Positions 1-7,395 of a stretch of 64,000 bases of DNA are shown here, in pieces. This DNA comes from a virus (taxonomy: Duplodnaviria > Heunggongvirae > Uroviricota > Caudoviricetes), in IMG/VR virus record IMGVR_UViG_2877982868_000014. One strand, 5' to 3'. Below the pieces are notes generated by a model. It did not search any database and had not been told where the DNA came from. It saw nothing but the letters and a program-made list of their open reading frames with translations. The stretch's first letter is position 1. Each line of letters opens with the position of its first letter. A program made the translations under genes and the position numbers.

Positions 1-738
1 TCACTCACTCTCTTTTAAACCAGTTTTAACTGTTTGTGGTTTTGGGTAAGGCTGGACTTTGAATAGCTTTGTGTTGAGGCGTTTTCTGGCCCTCTTGTTC
101 AGAAACCGGATGTAACGAAACTGACGGAATTTATGAACACTGGCTCTGTCGATATTAGCCCTCAGATGTTCACCTCGCTGTCCGCCTCGTTTAATGGCAT
201 TCCTGCAAATCTCGTGATACCACTCGCCATCAAGTTCATAGAATGTTGATTCGTGGCTGCCTACATAATCAAAATTGCTTGCCTGATACACGACACCAAG
301 ACAGCCACAACGCTCATCTGCAAACGACTGAACCCACTGTACCTGCGGATAAAGCTGCCTGATTAGCTTGAGCGCGTAACTGATTGCCCTTGATTCGGAG
401 TTTCTCGGCATACAGTCATGCAGCCATAACCGGTTAAGCTCCATATATTCACGGTTCCGCGTGCCCGTTACGACGCGTGCACCACTGTTTGGATTAAGGG
501 CATAGCCCCATTGCATTACGCCAACCAGCTCCCGTTCTGAAAATATGCCCAGATGAAGGTAGGAGTTATTTACGAAACGGTGGCTGTAATGTTTATTGAC
601 GATGACCAGTCTGGCCAGCCAGCAACTTATTGTCTCAACCCGCAACTCACGGGAGCCATAACCAACGATATTGTCGTTATAGCGAATAAGTTCAGGCGTG
701 CTGATGATACGGGATGTGACTTGCTTTCTGTTCCCCAC
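1..738 (-). CDS. mom: DNA modification protein Mom (Mu Mom family)
   Basis: 245-aa [47 protein letters not shown]... and ...[26 protein letters not shown] are recognisably Mu Mom. It is the last gene after gin and com, as in Mu. Confidence 0.9.
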   Translation of the reverse strand: MGNRKQVTSRIISTPELIRYNDNIVGYGSRELRVETISCWLARLVIVNKHYSHRFVNNSYLHLGIFSERELVGVMQWGYALNPNSGARVVTGTRNREYMELNRLWLHDCMPRNSESRAISYALKLIRQLYPQVQWVQSFADERCGCLGVVYQASNFDYVGSHESTFYELDGEWYHEICRNAIKRGGQRGEHLRANIDRASVHKFRQFRYIRFLNKRARKRLNTKLFKVQPYPKPQTVKTGLKESE

Positions 739-892
739 GACAGGATTTCCTTGTGTATGTGGGGTGCTCTGTGGCGCTCGGAGATGTGATTTGATTGAGG
801 GTTTTACAGCGCGGACATTTTACTTCCAGATAACTGAAACTGGCCCGTGCCAGTAGCTTATTGCAGTGTCGGCACCGTATGTTTCGATACAT
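692..892 (-). CDS. com: Com, zinc-finger translational activator of mom
   Basis: 66 aa from the ATG at 892, preceded by SD AGGAGG (903-908). Two CxxC pairs (CRHC, CPRC) as in Mu Com. The 3' end overlaps the mom start. The ORF-track start at 937 is a TTG with no SD. Confidence 0.75.
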   Translation of the reverse strand: MYRNIRCRHCNKLLARASFSYLEVKCPRCKTLNQITSPSATEHPTYTRKSCRGEQKASHIPYHQHA

Positions 893-1090
893 GGCCGCAT
901 AACCTCCTGCTTTGTTGTTGATGCCTTTCTCATGCAATCGATCGACAAAAACGATCGATTCGATTTGTTTAATTGATACAACAAATAGATTGAAAAGTCA
1001 TCAACAATGATTCAGGGCGGTGATTATTTACTTAAAGAAAACGAAGACTTAGGTGGTGAAAACGATCATAAAATGATCATTTTATTGACT
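893..1090 (-). promoter_or_regulatory. com-mom upstream control region with clustered GATC sites in palindromes
   Basis: Four GATC sites (940, 953, 1064, 1075). Two lie in AATCGATCG-N7-CGATCGATT (936-960) and one in the 14-bp palindrome AAAATGATCATTTT (1070-1083). The position corresponds to the Dam/OxyR-controlled Pmom region of Mu. Confidence 0.5.
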
Positions 1091-1162
1091 TTTTATACAG
1101 TGAAGGTAGGATCGCGCGTATATGTAGTATGTTTCAAATCAACAGGATACTACATAAAGGGA

Positions 1163-1190
1163 GGTCCAGATAGTTACAGCTATCTGGACC
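1163..1190. repeat. perfect 11-bp inverted repeat with 6-nt spacer
   Basis: GGTCCAGATAG-TTACAG-CTATCTGGACC. It lies about 100 bp upstream of the plus-strand zinc-ribbon ORF. Confidence 0.8.
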
Positions 1191-1293
1191 TGGAACAAAT
1201 TCGCATCAATGCTTTACTTCGAGCTCGTGTCGTATCCTATGATATTCCCCGGTCTCCTGTAAAGCAGAGATGCATAAAAAGGAGATCTTTATC

Positions 1294-1464
1294 ATGGATA
1301 AAGAGCCTGTTTGCCCTGCCTGTAAGACTCCCTTACAGCTCATCTATCGCCGTTCTCGATCTCAAAATGGCAAGACATACAAACCCCAAAATGCGTCCTG
1401 TTTCAGGATGCTGATATGTCCTGCCTGTTCTCCCCGGAGGGAAAGTACACAAAACGTGCATTAA
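1294..1464 (+). CDS. small zinc-ribbon protein (56 aa), hypothetical
   Basis: ATG at 1294 preceded by AAGGAG at a 9-nt spacing. Two CPAC motifs (CPACKTP...CPACSPR). Followed by the hairpin at 1474-1493. Confidence 0.5.
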   Translation: MDKEPVCPACKTPLQLIYRRSRSQNGKTYKPQNASCFRMLICPACSPRRESTQNVH

Positions 1465-1473
1465 CAAATTCAC

Positions 1474-1493
1474 CCGGCAGGGAAACCTGCCGG
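1474..1493. terminator. hairpin between convergent genes (8-bp GC stem, GAAA loop)
   Basis: CCGGCAGG-GAAA-CCTGCCGG. On the minus strand it is followed by a T-rich tract. The U-tract on the plus strand is weak. Confidence 0.55.
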
Positions 1494-1502
1494 TCGGTAT
1501 TG

Positions 1503-1748
1503 TTACATCATAGTACCGTCAGTTCCGGGCTGAACCGGCTCTGGTTGCTCTACGGCTTGAGGCTCATTCTCCGTGCTGTTTTCAGCCGGAGAATGGCCAA
1601 CCATTCGGGCCAGCACTTCATCAACATATGCGTCGATTTGTGCCTCAAAATCCTTGCGAACCTGCGCCTTCAGCACGCGGTTCACTTCTTCAGAATAAAG
1701 TGCCTGTTTGACAAGCTCTTCAGTAACCGTGCCTTTAATCTCTGGCAT
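1503..1748 (-). CDS. small acidic hypothetical protein (81 aa)
   Basis: ATG preceded by AAGGAG at an 8-nt spacing. Non-repetitive, helix-prone, acidic sequence. The opposite-strand ORF 1416-1877 looks like a shadow ORF. Confidence 0.6.
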   Translation of the reverse strand: MPEIKGTVTEELVKQALYSEEVNRVLKAQVRKDFEAQIDAYVDEVLARMVGHSPAENSTENEPQAVEQPEPVQPGTDGTMM

Positions 1749-1783
1749 GAATATTCTCCTTTTGCAGGTATATTGCCCCGTTA

Positions 1784-1966
1784 TCAGAGCGGGGTCGGGT
1801 CGTTTGGGGATGACGGTGCCTGTGCTGTTTTACTGAGTTTTTCAGCTGCCGCATCATCAATTTTACGGCGAATATAATTTCTGATGACCTTATAACCGCC
1901 GCTCACCAGATATAACGCACTGACCACTGCGCAGAAATAAAGCAGCATTGTATGAACGAATGTCAT
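1784..1966 (-). CDS. small membrane protein (60 aa, one N-terminal TM segment, basic then Pro/Ser tail)
   Basis: ATG preceded by AAGGTAAGG. Hydrophobic stretch MLLYFCAVVSALYLVSGG followed by KVIRNYIRRK. Confidence 0.55.
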   Translation of the reverse strand: MTFVHTMLLYFCAVVSALYLVSGGYKVIRNYIRRKIDDAAAEKLSKTAQAPSSPNDPTPL

Positions 1967-2034
1967 ATAACCTTACCTTTGATATTGACTACATAATTCG
2001 TTATCGGGTAAAAACATCGAAGCGACTGATAACC

Positions 2035-2059
2035 ACTCCTTCGGGAGTATTTTTATTTT
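2035..2059 (+). terminator. intrinsic terminator, plus-strand orientation
   Basis: ACTCC-TTCG-GGAGT followed by ATTTTTATTTT. No plus-strand ORF ends here. Confidence 0.6.
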
Positions 2060-2078
2060 CCTTTATGGGTTAGGTAGC

Positions 2079-2114
2079 TCCCGCCAGCCATATCATGACC
2101 GGCGGGATTTTTTT
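2079..2114 (+). terminator. intrinsic terminator, plus-strand orientation
   Basis: TCCCGCC-N15-GGCGGGA followed by T7. The T-run overlaps the stop codon of the minus-strand esterase gene. Confidence 0.6.
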
Positions 2115-4152
2115 ATTCTGTTACCGCTTTTTTCACTTCCACCACAATGCTGTCAATCAGCACCGGGTAAGTTGCATTTTTTGTGATATCCGTTACGCGG
2201 AGTTTGTCCACCGGGAAAGTTCCTACTGGTGACTGCGTCAGGGTAAACGCGGCACCATCCTGACCATCAATAACCGGAATAACCTGAAGGCTGTTATTTC
2301 CTGCAAAACGGAAGGCCAGCGTATGCCATTCATTATCAAATGCACCAAAGGTTCCCAGTTTCTGGTTATTTGTTGCCACTTTTGCATTGTGGTACATCAC
2401 ATTCAGGTCTTTTGCGTCTGTCTGGATGTAGAACGATGCCAGCAGATTATTCCCTGCATCCCCTGTCAGGGTGACACCCTGCGGCAGAGAGGAAACCGGC
2501 CAGTAAAGCGCCATGACATACTGGTTTGCCACCAGGTCGCCCGGTACTTTAAAACGACAACTGATTAAACCACCATTTTTCAGCAGTTCAGCACCAGTAC
2601 CGGCATCATGATCCAGATACCAGGATGATTTACCTGTTTCCTTGGTCAGTTTCATTGCCTTACCACCTGTGCCTCCTGCATCACTGATAATTTCAGCTTT
2701 ACCGCCAGCCGGCTCCCAGCCCTGGGCTTTCAGATTTCCTTCTGACTCACTGACACGGTAAGACAGCAGTGTTGTGGTTACTGCTTCAGTTTCTGAAGGT
2801 GACGGCACTGGTGCTTCAGTTTCAGAAGATGGAACATCGGCTTTTACTGTGGTTCGCCCCGCATGAGTCAGAACTGCCGTGGCCAGACGGTCGGAAATAA
2901 TCCCACGACGTGCCCATGAACTGAAATGGCTGGCCCGGTCCGTAGATGTCCAGGTGGCGGCACTGTTACGCCACGTTGAGCCGTAATAACCAATGGATTC
3001 AATATCCGGGTCTTCTGCCGGATTGTTGGTGGGTACATTCGCGCCATTTTCATCTGTCATTAATGGGACGAAATGAATGTTTTTATCTGTTTTATTTTTG
3101 TAGCCGTCATAGATTGCCTGGTATGCCTGTTCGTTTTTCTGTTTCCAGAAATACGTGGTATCACCACAAATCCACGGAACGCCAGCAGCACTGCCACCGG
3201 TACACTGTTCCGCCTGTTCAGCCAGGTCTGCGCGGAATTTTTCCACCATCGCCAGAAACAGCGCAGAATGCTCCGTCGGCTTCGCATCAATATCAAACTC
3301 GCCCTGCATCCACACCACAGCAAGCAGGCGGTTTTTCGGGTTCTTCGCCAGTGCCGCTTTTGTCCGGCTGATTAAGTCCTTATACAGCGGCTTATCCACA
3401 CCCCAGCGGGCTGAGTCCTCTGAAGCACCCGTGCTGTCACTGTACGTGCCGTCAGCACCCGCCGTGAATGCAGAACCACCACGGCAGCAGGGAACCAGCA
3501 GAATCCCCGCATCTGCCGGAATAAACGGCAGCAGTTTTTTGGCAATGTGAAGCCCCTGACCCACGGTGCCATATTGCCCTTTAGCCACATCCGCTTTCGG
3601 GTGATTTTTTCCACTCATATCCTGCACATCATGCAGACAGTGGTCGGCCAGAATGATGTCGTTATACTGACAGGCTTTACCTCCCGGCGTGACTGTACTG
3701 CGACGGGCTAACTGCATAATACGCGGTTCGGGGCGGTCATATGTCTCCGGCAGTGGCAGACCTTCACCGTAAGCCATACCGTTTGACTGACCAGCAAGAA
3801 CCACCACGTAATACCAGGAAGGGGAGCTGGAAGCAGTTTCATTTCCTGACGGACGGGTATGTGTTTCAGCATTATCCCAGTCTGACGGTTCAGCAGTACC
3901 GGCAACATCAGCACTTAACGGAATGACCGCACCAATACCCGCTCCGGTAATTTCCACACTCGGATCACCGGATACTGGCCTTACCCACAGGCAATCCCGT
4001 GTATTAAAACTGATGAGACAGTCAGCAAATGTCATTCCTCCTTTTGTTTCGGCCGGAGGAAAGGGAGCCTCAAGAAATGCCGCTGTACCACCGGAAACTT
4101 TAACAGTAAAGTTTCCGGGCATTGATGATAGTTGAACCCATTTGGACGTCAT
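2113..4152 (-). CDS. SASA/DUF303-family carbohydrate esterase (NanS-like sialate O-acetylesterase) with C-terminal lectin-like domain
   Basis: 679-aa ORF. Catalytic-type blocks VVVLAGQSNGMAYG and VVWMQGEFD are typical of the sialate O-acetylesterase family. The C-terminal ~190 aa resemble a LamG/concanavalin-type fold (inference). Mu has no gene between gin and com. Confidence 0.7.
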   Translation of the reverse strand: MTSKWVQLSSMPGNFTVKVSGGTAAFLEAPFPPAETKGGMTFADCLISFNTRDCLWVRPVSGDPSVEITGAGIGAVIPLSADVAGTAEPSDWDNAETHTRPSGNETASSSPSWYYVVVLAGQSNGMAYGEGLPLPETYDRPEPRIMQLARRSTVTPGGKACQYNDIILADHCLHDVQDMSGKNHPKADVAKGQYGTVGQGLHIAKKLLPFIPADAGILLVPCCRGGSAFTAGADGTYSDSTGASEDSARWGVDKPLYKDLISRTKAALAKNPKNRLLAVVWMQGEFDIDAKPTEHSALFLAMVEKFRADLAEQAEQCTGGSAAGVPWICGDTTYFWKQKNEQAYQAIYDGYKNKTDKNIHFVPLMTDENGANVPTNNPAEDPDIESIGYYGSTWRNSAATWTSTDRASHFSSWARRGIISDRLATAVLTHAGRTTVKADVPSSETEAPVPSPSETEAVTTTLLSYRVSESEGNLKAQGWEPAGGKAEIISDAGGTGGKAMKLTKETGKSSWYLDHDAGTGAELLKNGGLISCRFKVPGDLVANQYVMALYWPVSSLPQGVTLTGDAGNNLLASFYIQTDAKDLNVMYHNAKVATNNQKLGTFGAFDNEWHTLAFRFAGNNSLQVIPVIDGQDGAAFTLTQSPVGTFPVDKLRVTDITKNATYPVLIDSIVVEVKKAVTE

Positions 4153-4251
4153 AATAATCAGCCTGTTCCTGAATAAACTGAATTATCATATCCACAGACC
4201 GATAAACGCCATTTTGCGTTAATTCAGTAAAGGCCCAACAAAGAGAGCGTC

Positions 4252-4812
4252 TTATTTTTCCGAAACGCTCGCAGGATAATAACGATAAAGGGTTGAAAGA
4301 CCGATATCAAAAATAAGTGCCACCTGTCTTCGACTGACACCCCCGGCCAGTAAACGCCCGACCTGCTCGTATTGTTCCTGCGTGAGACGGCGGGGTCTGC
4401 CGCCGGTTCGTCCCCTTTCACGGGCAGCTGCAAGACCAGCCCGTGTCCGTTCGACAATTAATTCACGCTCCATTTCTGCCAGCGCACCCATTATGTGAAA
4501 AAAGAAGCGCCCCATGGGGGTTGACGTATCAATGTTGTCAGTAAAACTACGAAAATTTATCCCCTGTTGCTGTAATTCATCTGTCAGCGCAACAAGGTGG
4601 CGCATACTGCGCCCCAGCCTGTCCAGTTTCCAGACCATCAGCGTGTCACCGGGTTTTAGTTTCTTCAGTGCCCGCTTCAGTCCCGGCCGCTGTGTCGTTT
4701 TACCACTCATTTTGTCTTCAAAAATCTGCTCACATCCTGCACATTCCAGCGCATTTCTTTGTAAACCTGTGTTCTGGTCATTTGTTGATACGCGTATATA
4801 GCCAATCAGCAT
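4252..4812 (-). CDS. gin: Gin/Hin/Pin-family serine DNA invertase
   Basis: 186 aa. MLIGYIRVSTNDQNTGLQ... carries the catalytic Ser motif, with a C-terminal HTH. Adjacent to the gix site at 4867-4892. Confidence 0.93.
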   Translation of the reverse strand: MLIGYIRVSTNDQNTGLQRNALECAGCEQIFEDKMSGKTTQRPGLKRALKKLKPGDTLMVWKLDRLGRSMRHLVALTDELQQQGINFRSFTDNIDTSTPMGRFFFHIMGALAEMERELIVERTRAGLAAARERGRTGGRPRRLTQEQYEQVGRLLAGGVSRRQVALIFDIGLSTLYRYYPASVSEK

Positions 4813-4866
4813 GTATTTACCTTCCTTAAAAAGAGGTGGAAAGGCCTTTTAAAGCAGATATACGGC

Positions 4867-4892
4867 ATCCCTGAAACCTCGGTTTACGGGAT
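4867..4892. other. gix-type recombination site (gin-proximal)
   Basis: ATCCCTGAAACC-TC-GGTTTACGGGAT. Imperfect dyad resembling Mu gix/hix sites. The central TC matches its partner at 6293-6318 in inverted orientation. Confidence 0.75.
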
Positions 4893-5246
4893 ACGGTAAA
4901 CAGGGCCGCGAATGCCCTGCCATCAAACGGTACGGCTGTTGCAGCAAGCAGGCTGGCAAATGCCCGCAGAATCAATGGTGTCGCCTTTGACGGCACGCAG
5001 GATATAAACATTACGTCAGGAATGCCGGAATCAACGGCCAATCAGCGTTATGTTACAGGGGTAAGACTGGGAGCGCAGGCATTAAGCGGCGGACTGGAAT
5101 ATAATTACTCCCTGTCATCAGGAAATGTGATTACCGGTTTTAAGACTAACGGAGACTGGGAAATGCGTGGTGGTGATGACCGTGTTTATTACAGACAGAT
5201 ACAATATTGTATTAATGGGCATTGGGTATCCGCTGCAAGTATTTAA
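4881..5246 (+). other. silent alternative tail-fibre C-terminal cassette (S'v), promoterless in this orientation
   Basis: Open frame from the gix core: GLRDTVNRAANALPSNGTAVAASRLANARRINGVAFDGTQDINITSGM...YYRQIQYCINGHWVSAASI. It is homologous to the expressed end GLRETVNKAADALPSGGTAVAANRLATPRNINGVPFDGTQDINITSGM... Inversion would keep the reading frame. Confidence 0.7.
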
Positions 5247-5367
5247 TTAACGGGGGCATAGCACACAGCAGCCAGCATCTGAAATATGCGTTATTTCAGA
5301 CAAGCATTGCCTGTATATGGCGATAGTATTATTCCTGTTTTTATCATTGATTTACATGGTGATGTTT

Positions 5368-5889
5368 ATGCAACTGATTAATGTCAAACGATATTACCCG
5401 AAAGACAAACCCTATGGTGAGGATGTTCAGTATTTCCAGAGTGAGGACGGAAGGGATTTTTATGAATCTATCCCGCTTTTCACAAAGAAATACAAACTCT
5501 GTATTTCGCCTGTAACGGGTATTATCTGCTCTGTTGCTGAAGATGTCTCTGCTTTATATCCGGCAGGTTTTACTGTTGTTGAAGTGGACGAACTGCCGGA
5601 AGGTGTGAATATTGACGGTAACTGGCAGTTTTCTGATGGCCTGATATCAAAGGTGCCGGTAAACTGGAAGACGGTTGCTGAAAAGCGTCGCTCATCGCTG
5701 CTCCAGGAAGCCAACGAAACCGTGGATGACTGGAAAACAGAATTAAAACTGGACATGATTAGCGATGAAAATAAATTACAGCTGACGCGCTGGATGGCGT
5801 ATATCCGACAGCTTAAAGAAATGCACTTTAATGATATTGCCAGTGAGGGGCATTACCAGGCGATTCCCTGGCCGGAAAAACCGGAATAA
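5368..5889 (+). CDS. tail fibre assembly protein (Mu U / Tfa family), coupled to the silent cassette
   Basis: From MQLINVKRYYPKD... Motifs ISDENKLQLTRWMAYIRQL and the C-terminal WPEKPE are typical of U/Tfa chaperones. Currently antisense to the late operon. Confidence 0.8.
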   Translation: MQLINVKRYYPKDKPYGEDVQYFQSEDGRDFYESIPLFTKKYKLCISPVTGIICSVAEDVSALYPAGFTVVEVDELPEGVNIDGNWQFSDGLISKVPVNWKTVAEKRRSSLLQEANETVDDWKTELKLDMISDENKLQLTRWMAYIRQLKEMHFNDIASEGHYQAIPWPEKPE

Positions 5890-5923
5890 TTCAGAGGGTG
5901 CATTCAGCACCCTTTTCTGTGGT

Positions 5924-6835
5924 TTACACTGAACTTACCGATCTCCAGGCATTATTAATATAAATCTGAACCGGGCGATAATAGACCCCACCGATATTGT
6001 CCGCAGACCGGGAGCCGGTTTCCTGCACGTTAATACCGGAAAGCATACAACCGGAAGGTGCGCTGTAATTCCATGATATTTCATTGCCTCCGGGTGAATG
6101 ATAGCTCTGTGCTCCAAGCTGAACATTCTGTACATACCGGCCATCTGCGGTTGACTGCGTCATTCCTGACGTGATGTTGATATCCTGCGTTCCGTCAAAA
6201 GGAACGCCATTAATATTTCTTGGGGTGGCGAGTCTGTTTGCTGCCACGGCGGTTCCACCCGATGGCAGGGCATCAGCAGCCTTATTTACCGTTTCCCGTA
6301 AACCGACGTTATCGATAAAAGCGCCTTTATCCGGAATGTCTGCGCCGTTCTGCTCCCTGCGCAGGTAACGGTTATCACCTTCGCTCCTGCTGTAAACATC
6401 CAGATTATTACGGGCGGTTTCCGCATTCTCCAGGTCGGCAAGGTTCTGATCCTTCGCCAGGGCATTAACGTCAGCGGGACCAAGACTGTTTTTTGTGGCA
6501 AGCGTCCCCAGACCAAGATAACCACGGGCCAGACGCTGGGCTTCCGCACCGGCATCAGCAATTTCTTTCAGGTTGTTTTTCCGGGAAAAGGCATTCGCAG
6601 CGATAATGGCTTTAATGGACAGCGTAAGCTGGTTTAACTGCGCCTTATCCGGCTGAATACTGGCTTCAGCCAGAATATTCAGCAGTTCGGCCTGGAGAAT
6701 ATTCAGCCAGTCCTGACCAATCCAGCTGATACCTTTTTGTCCGTCACCTTCGGTAAACCAGGTGGTGGTATTACTCTGCGCCGGAGCCAGTTCAGGCATA
6801 TTCGCCACGCCGGAATTATTATCAACATGGAACAT
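5924..6835 (-). CDS. tail fibre protein S (constant part plus currently joined variable end)
   Basis: Start MFHVDNNSGVANMPELAPAQ... at 6835 (TAATG overlap with the upstream gene). The gix site lies at codons V195/G196 of the ORF-track numbering. Confidence 0.85.
   Translation of the reverse strand: MFHVDNNSGVANMPELAPAQSNTTTWFTEGDGQKGISWIGQDWLNILQAELLNILAEASIQPDKAQLNQLTLSIKAIIAANAFSRKNNLKEIADAGAEAQRLARGYLGLGTLATKNSLGPADVNALAKDQNLADLENAETARNNLDVYSRSEGDNRYLRREQNGADIPDKGAFIDNVGLRETVNKAADALPSGGTAVAANRLATPRNINGVPFDGTQDINITSGMTQSTADGRYVQNVQLGAQSYHSPGGNEISWNYSAPSGCMLSGINVQETGSRSADNIGGVYYRPVQIYINNAWRSVSSV
6293..6318. other. gix-type recombination site inside S
   Basis: TTCCCGTAAACC-GA-CGTTATCGATAA. 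Inverted relative to 4867-4892, with 13 consecutive identical bases in one half-site. Confidence 0.7.
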
Positions 6836-7395
6836 TAAATAGTCTCCTCTTCGTGACTGTTTGCATATACGTAAATAAACGTCTGCCATGCAGGCTTATA
6901 ACGGTTCAGAATACATTCCAGCGCACCACCCTCATAAATACGCAGCGGGGTGAGAATATCATCCAGCACATTCATATTCCGGTAGCCGGTTTCACTGTTT
7001 ATCGTGACAATACTGACCCACTGTGAATCCGGTGATGGCTGAATATCTATTTCATAACCAAACTCTGCCGCAAACCGGATATAAAATTCACGGTTAAGAG
7101 AGGGTTTCATCCGGTATTTATTCCCTGCATAACGCTGACGTTCCTGAATGGTTGCGCCGGTCATATCACATTCCGGTAACCCCAGATAACGCTCCCAGTC
7201 TTCCAGCAGCAGACGGGATGAATCAGGAAAACGTTCTGCCAGCATCTGGTTACCGGTCCAGGAAACACGCTCCGTGGAATGACTGAGGCCCAGGCACAAA
7301 GCTGCAAGAACGGATGACGGCCGCTTATCCCATGCCAGCCCGTCAGGCAGCAACTGCAACAGGGCGCGCTGATGCGGGGTCAGGGTTACAGCCAT
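6835..7395 (-). CDS. baseplate/tail protein, Mu gp48-like (DUF2313-type)
   Basis: 186 aa. Positioned between the baseplate J-like gene and S, with overlapping stop/start codons. Confidence 0.75.
   Translation of the reverse strand: MAVTLTPHQRALLQLLPDGLAWDKRPSSVLAALCLGLSHSTERVSWTGNQMLAERFPDSSRLLLEDWERYLGLPECDMTGATIQERQRYAGNKYRMKPSLNREFYIRFAAEFGYEIDIQPSPDSQWVSIVTINSETGYRNMNVLDDILTPLRIYEGGALECILNRYKPAWQTFIYVYANSHEEETI

Larger units (their letters stand above)
4880..6305. other. Gin-invertible tail-fibre segment (~1.4 kb, G-segment analogue)
   Basis: Bounded by inverted gix sites. Contains the expressed S variable end (minus strand), a silent alternative S end and one tfa gene (plus strand). 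Confidence 0.75.

Noticed and set aside
1007-1414. 135-aa plus-strand ORF upstream of com
   Set aside because: It spans the GATC palindromes and the 28-bp dyad, and it overlaps the better-supported zinc-ribbon ORF in another frame. It has no SD.
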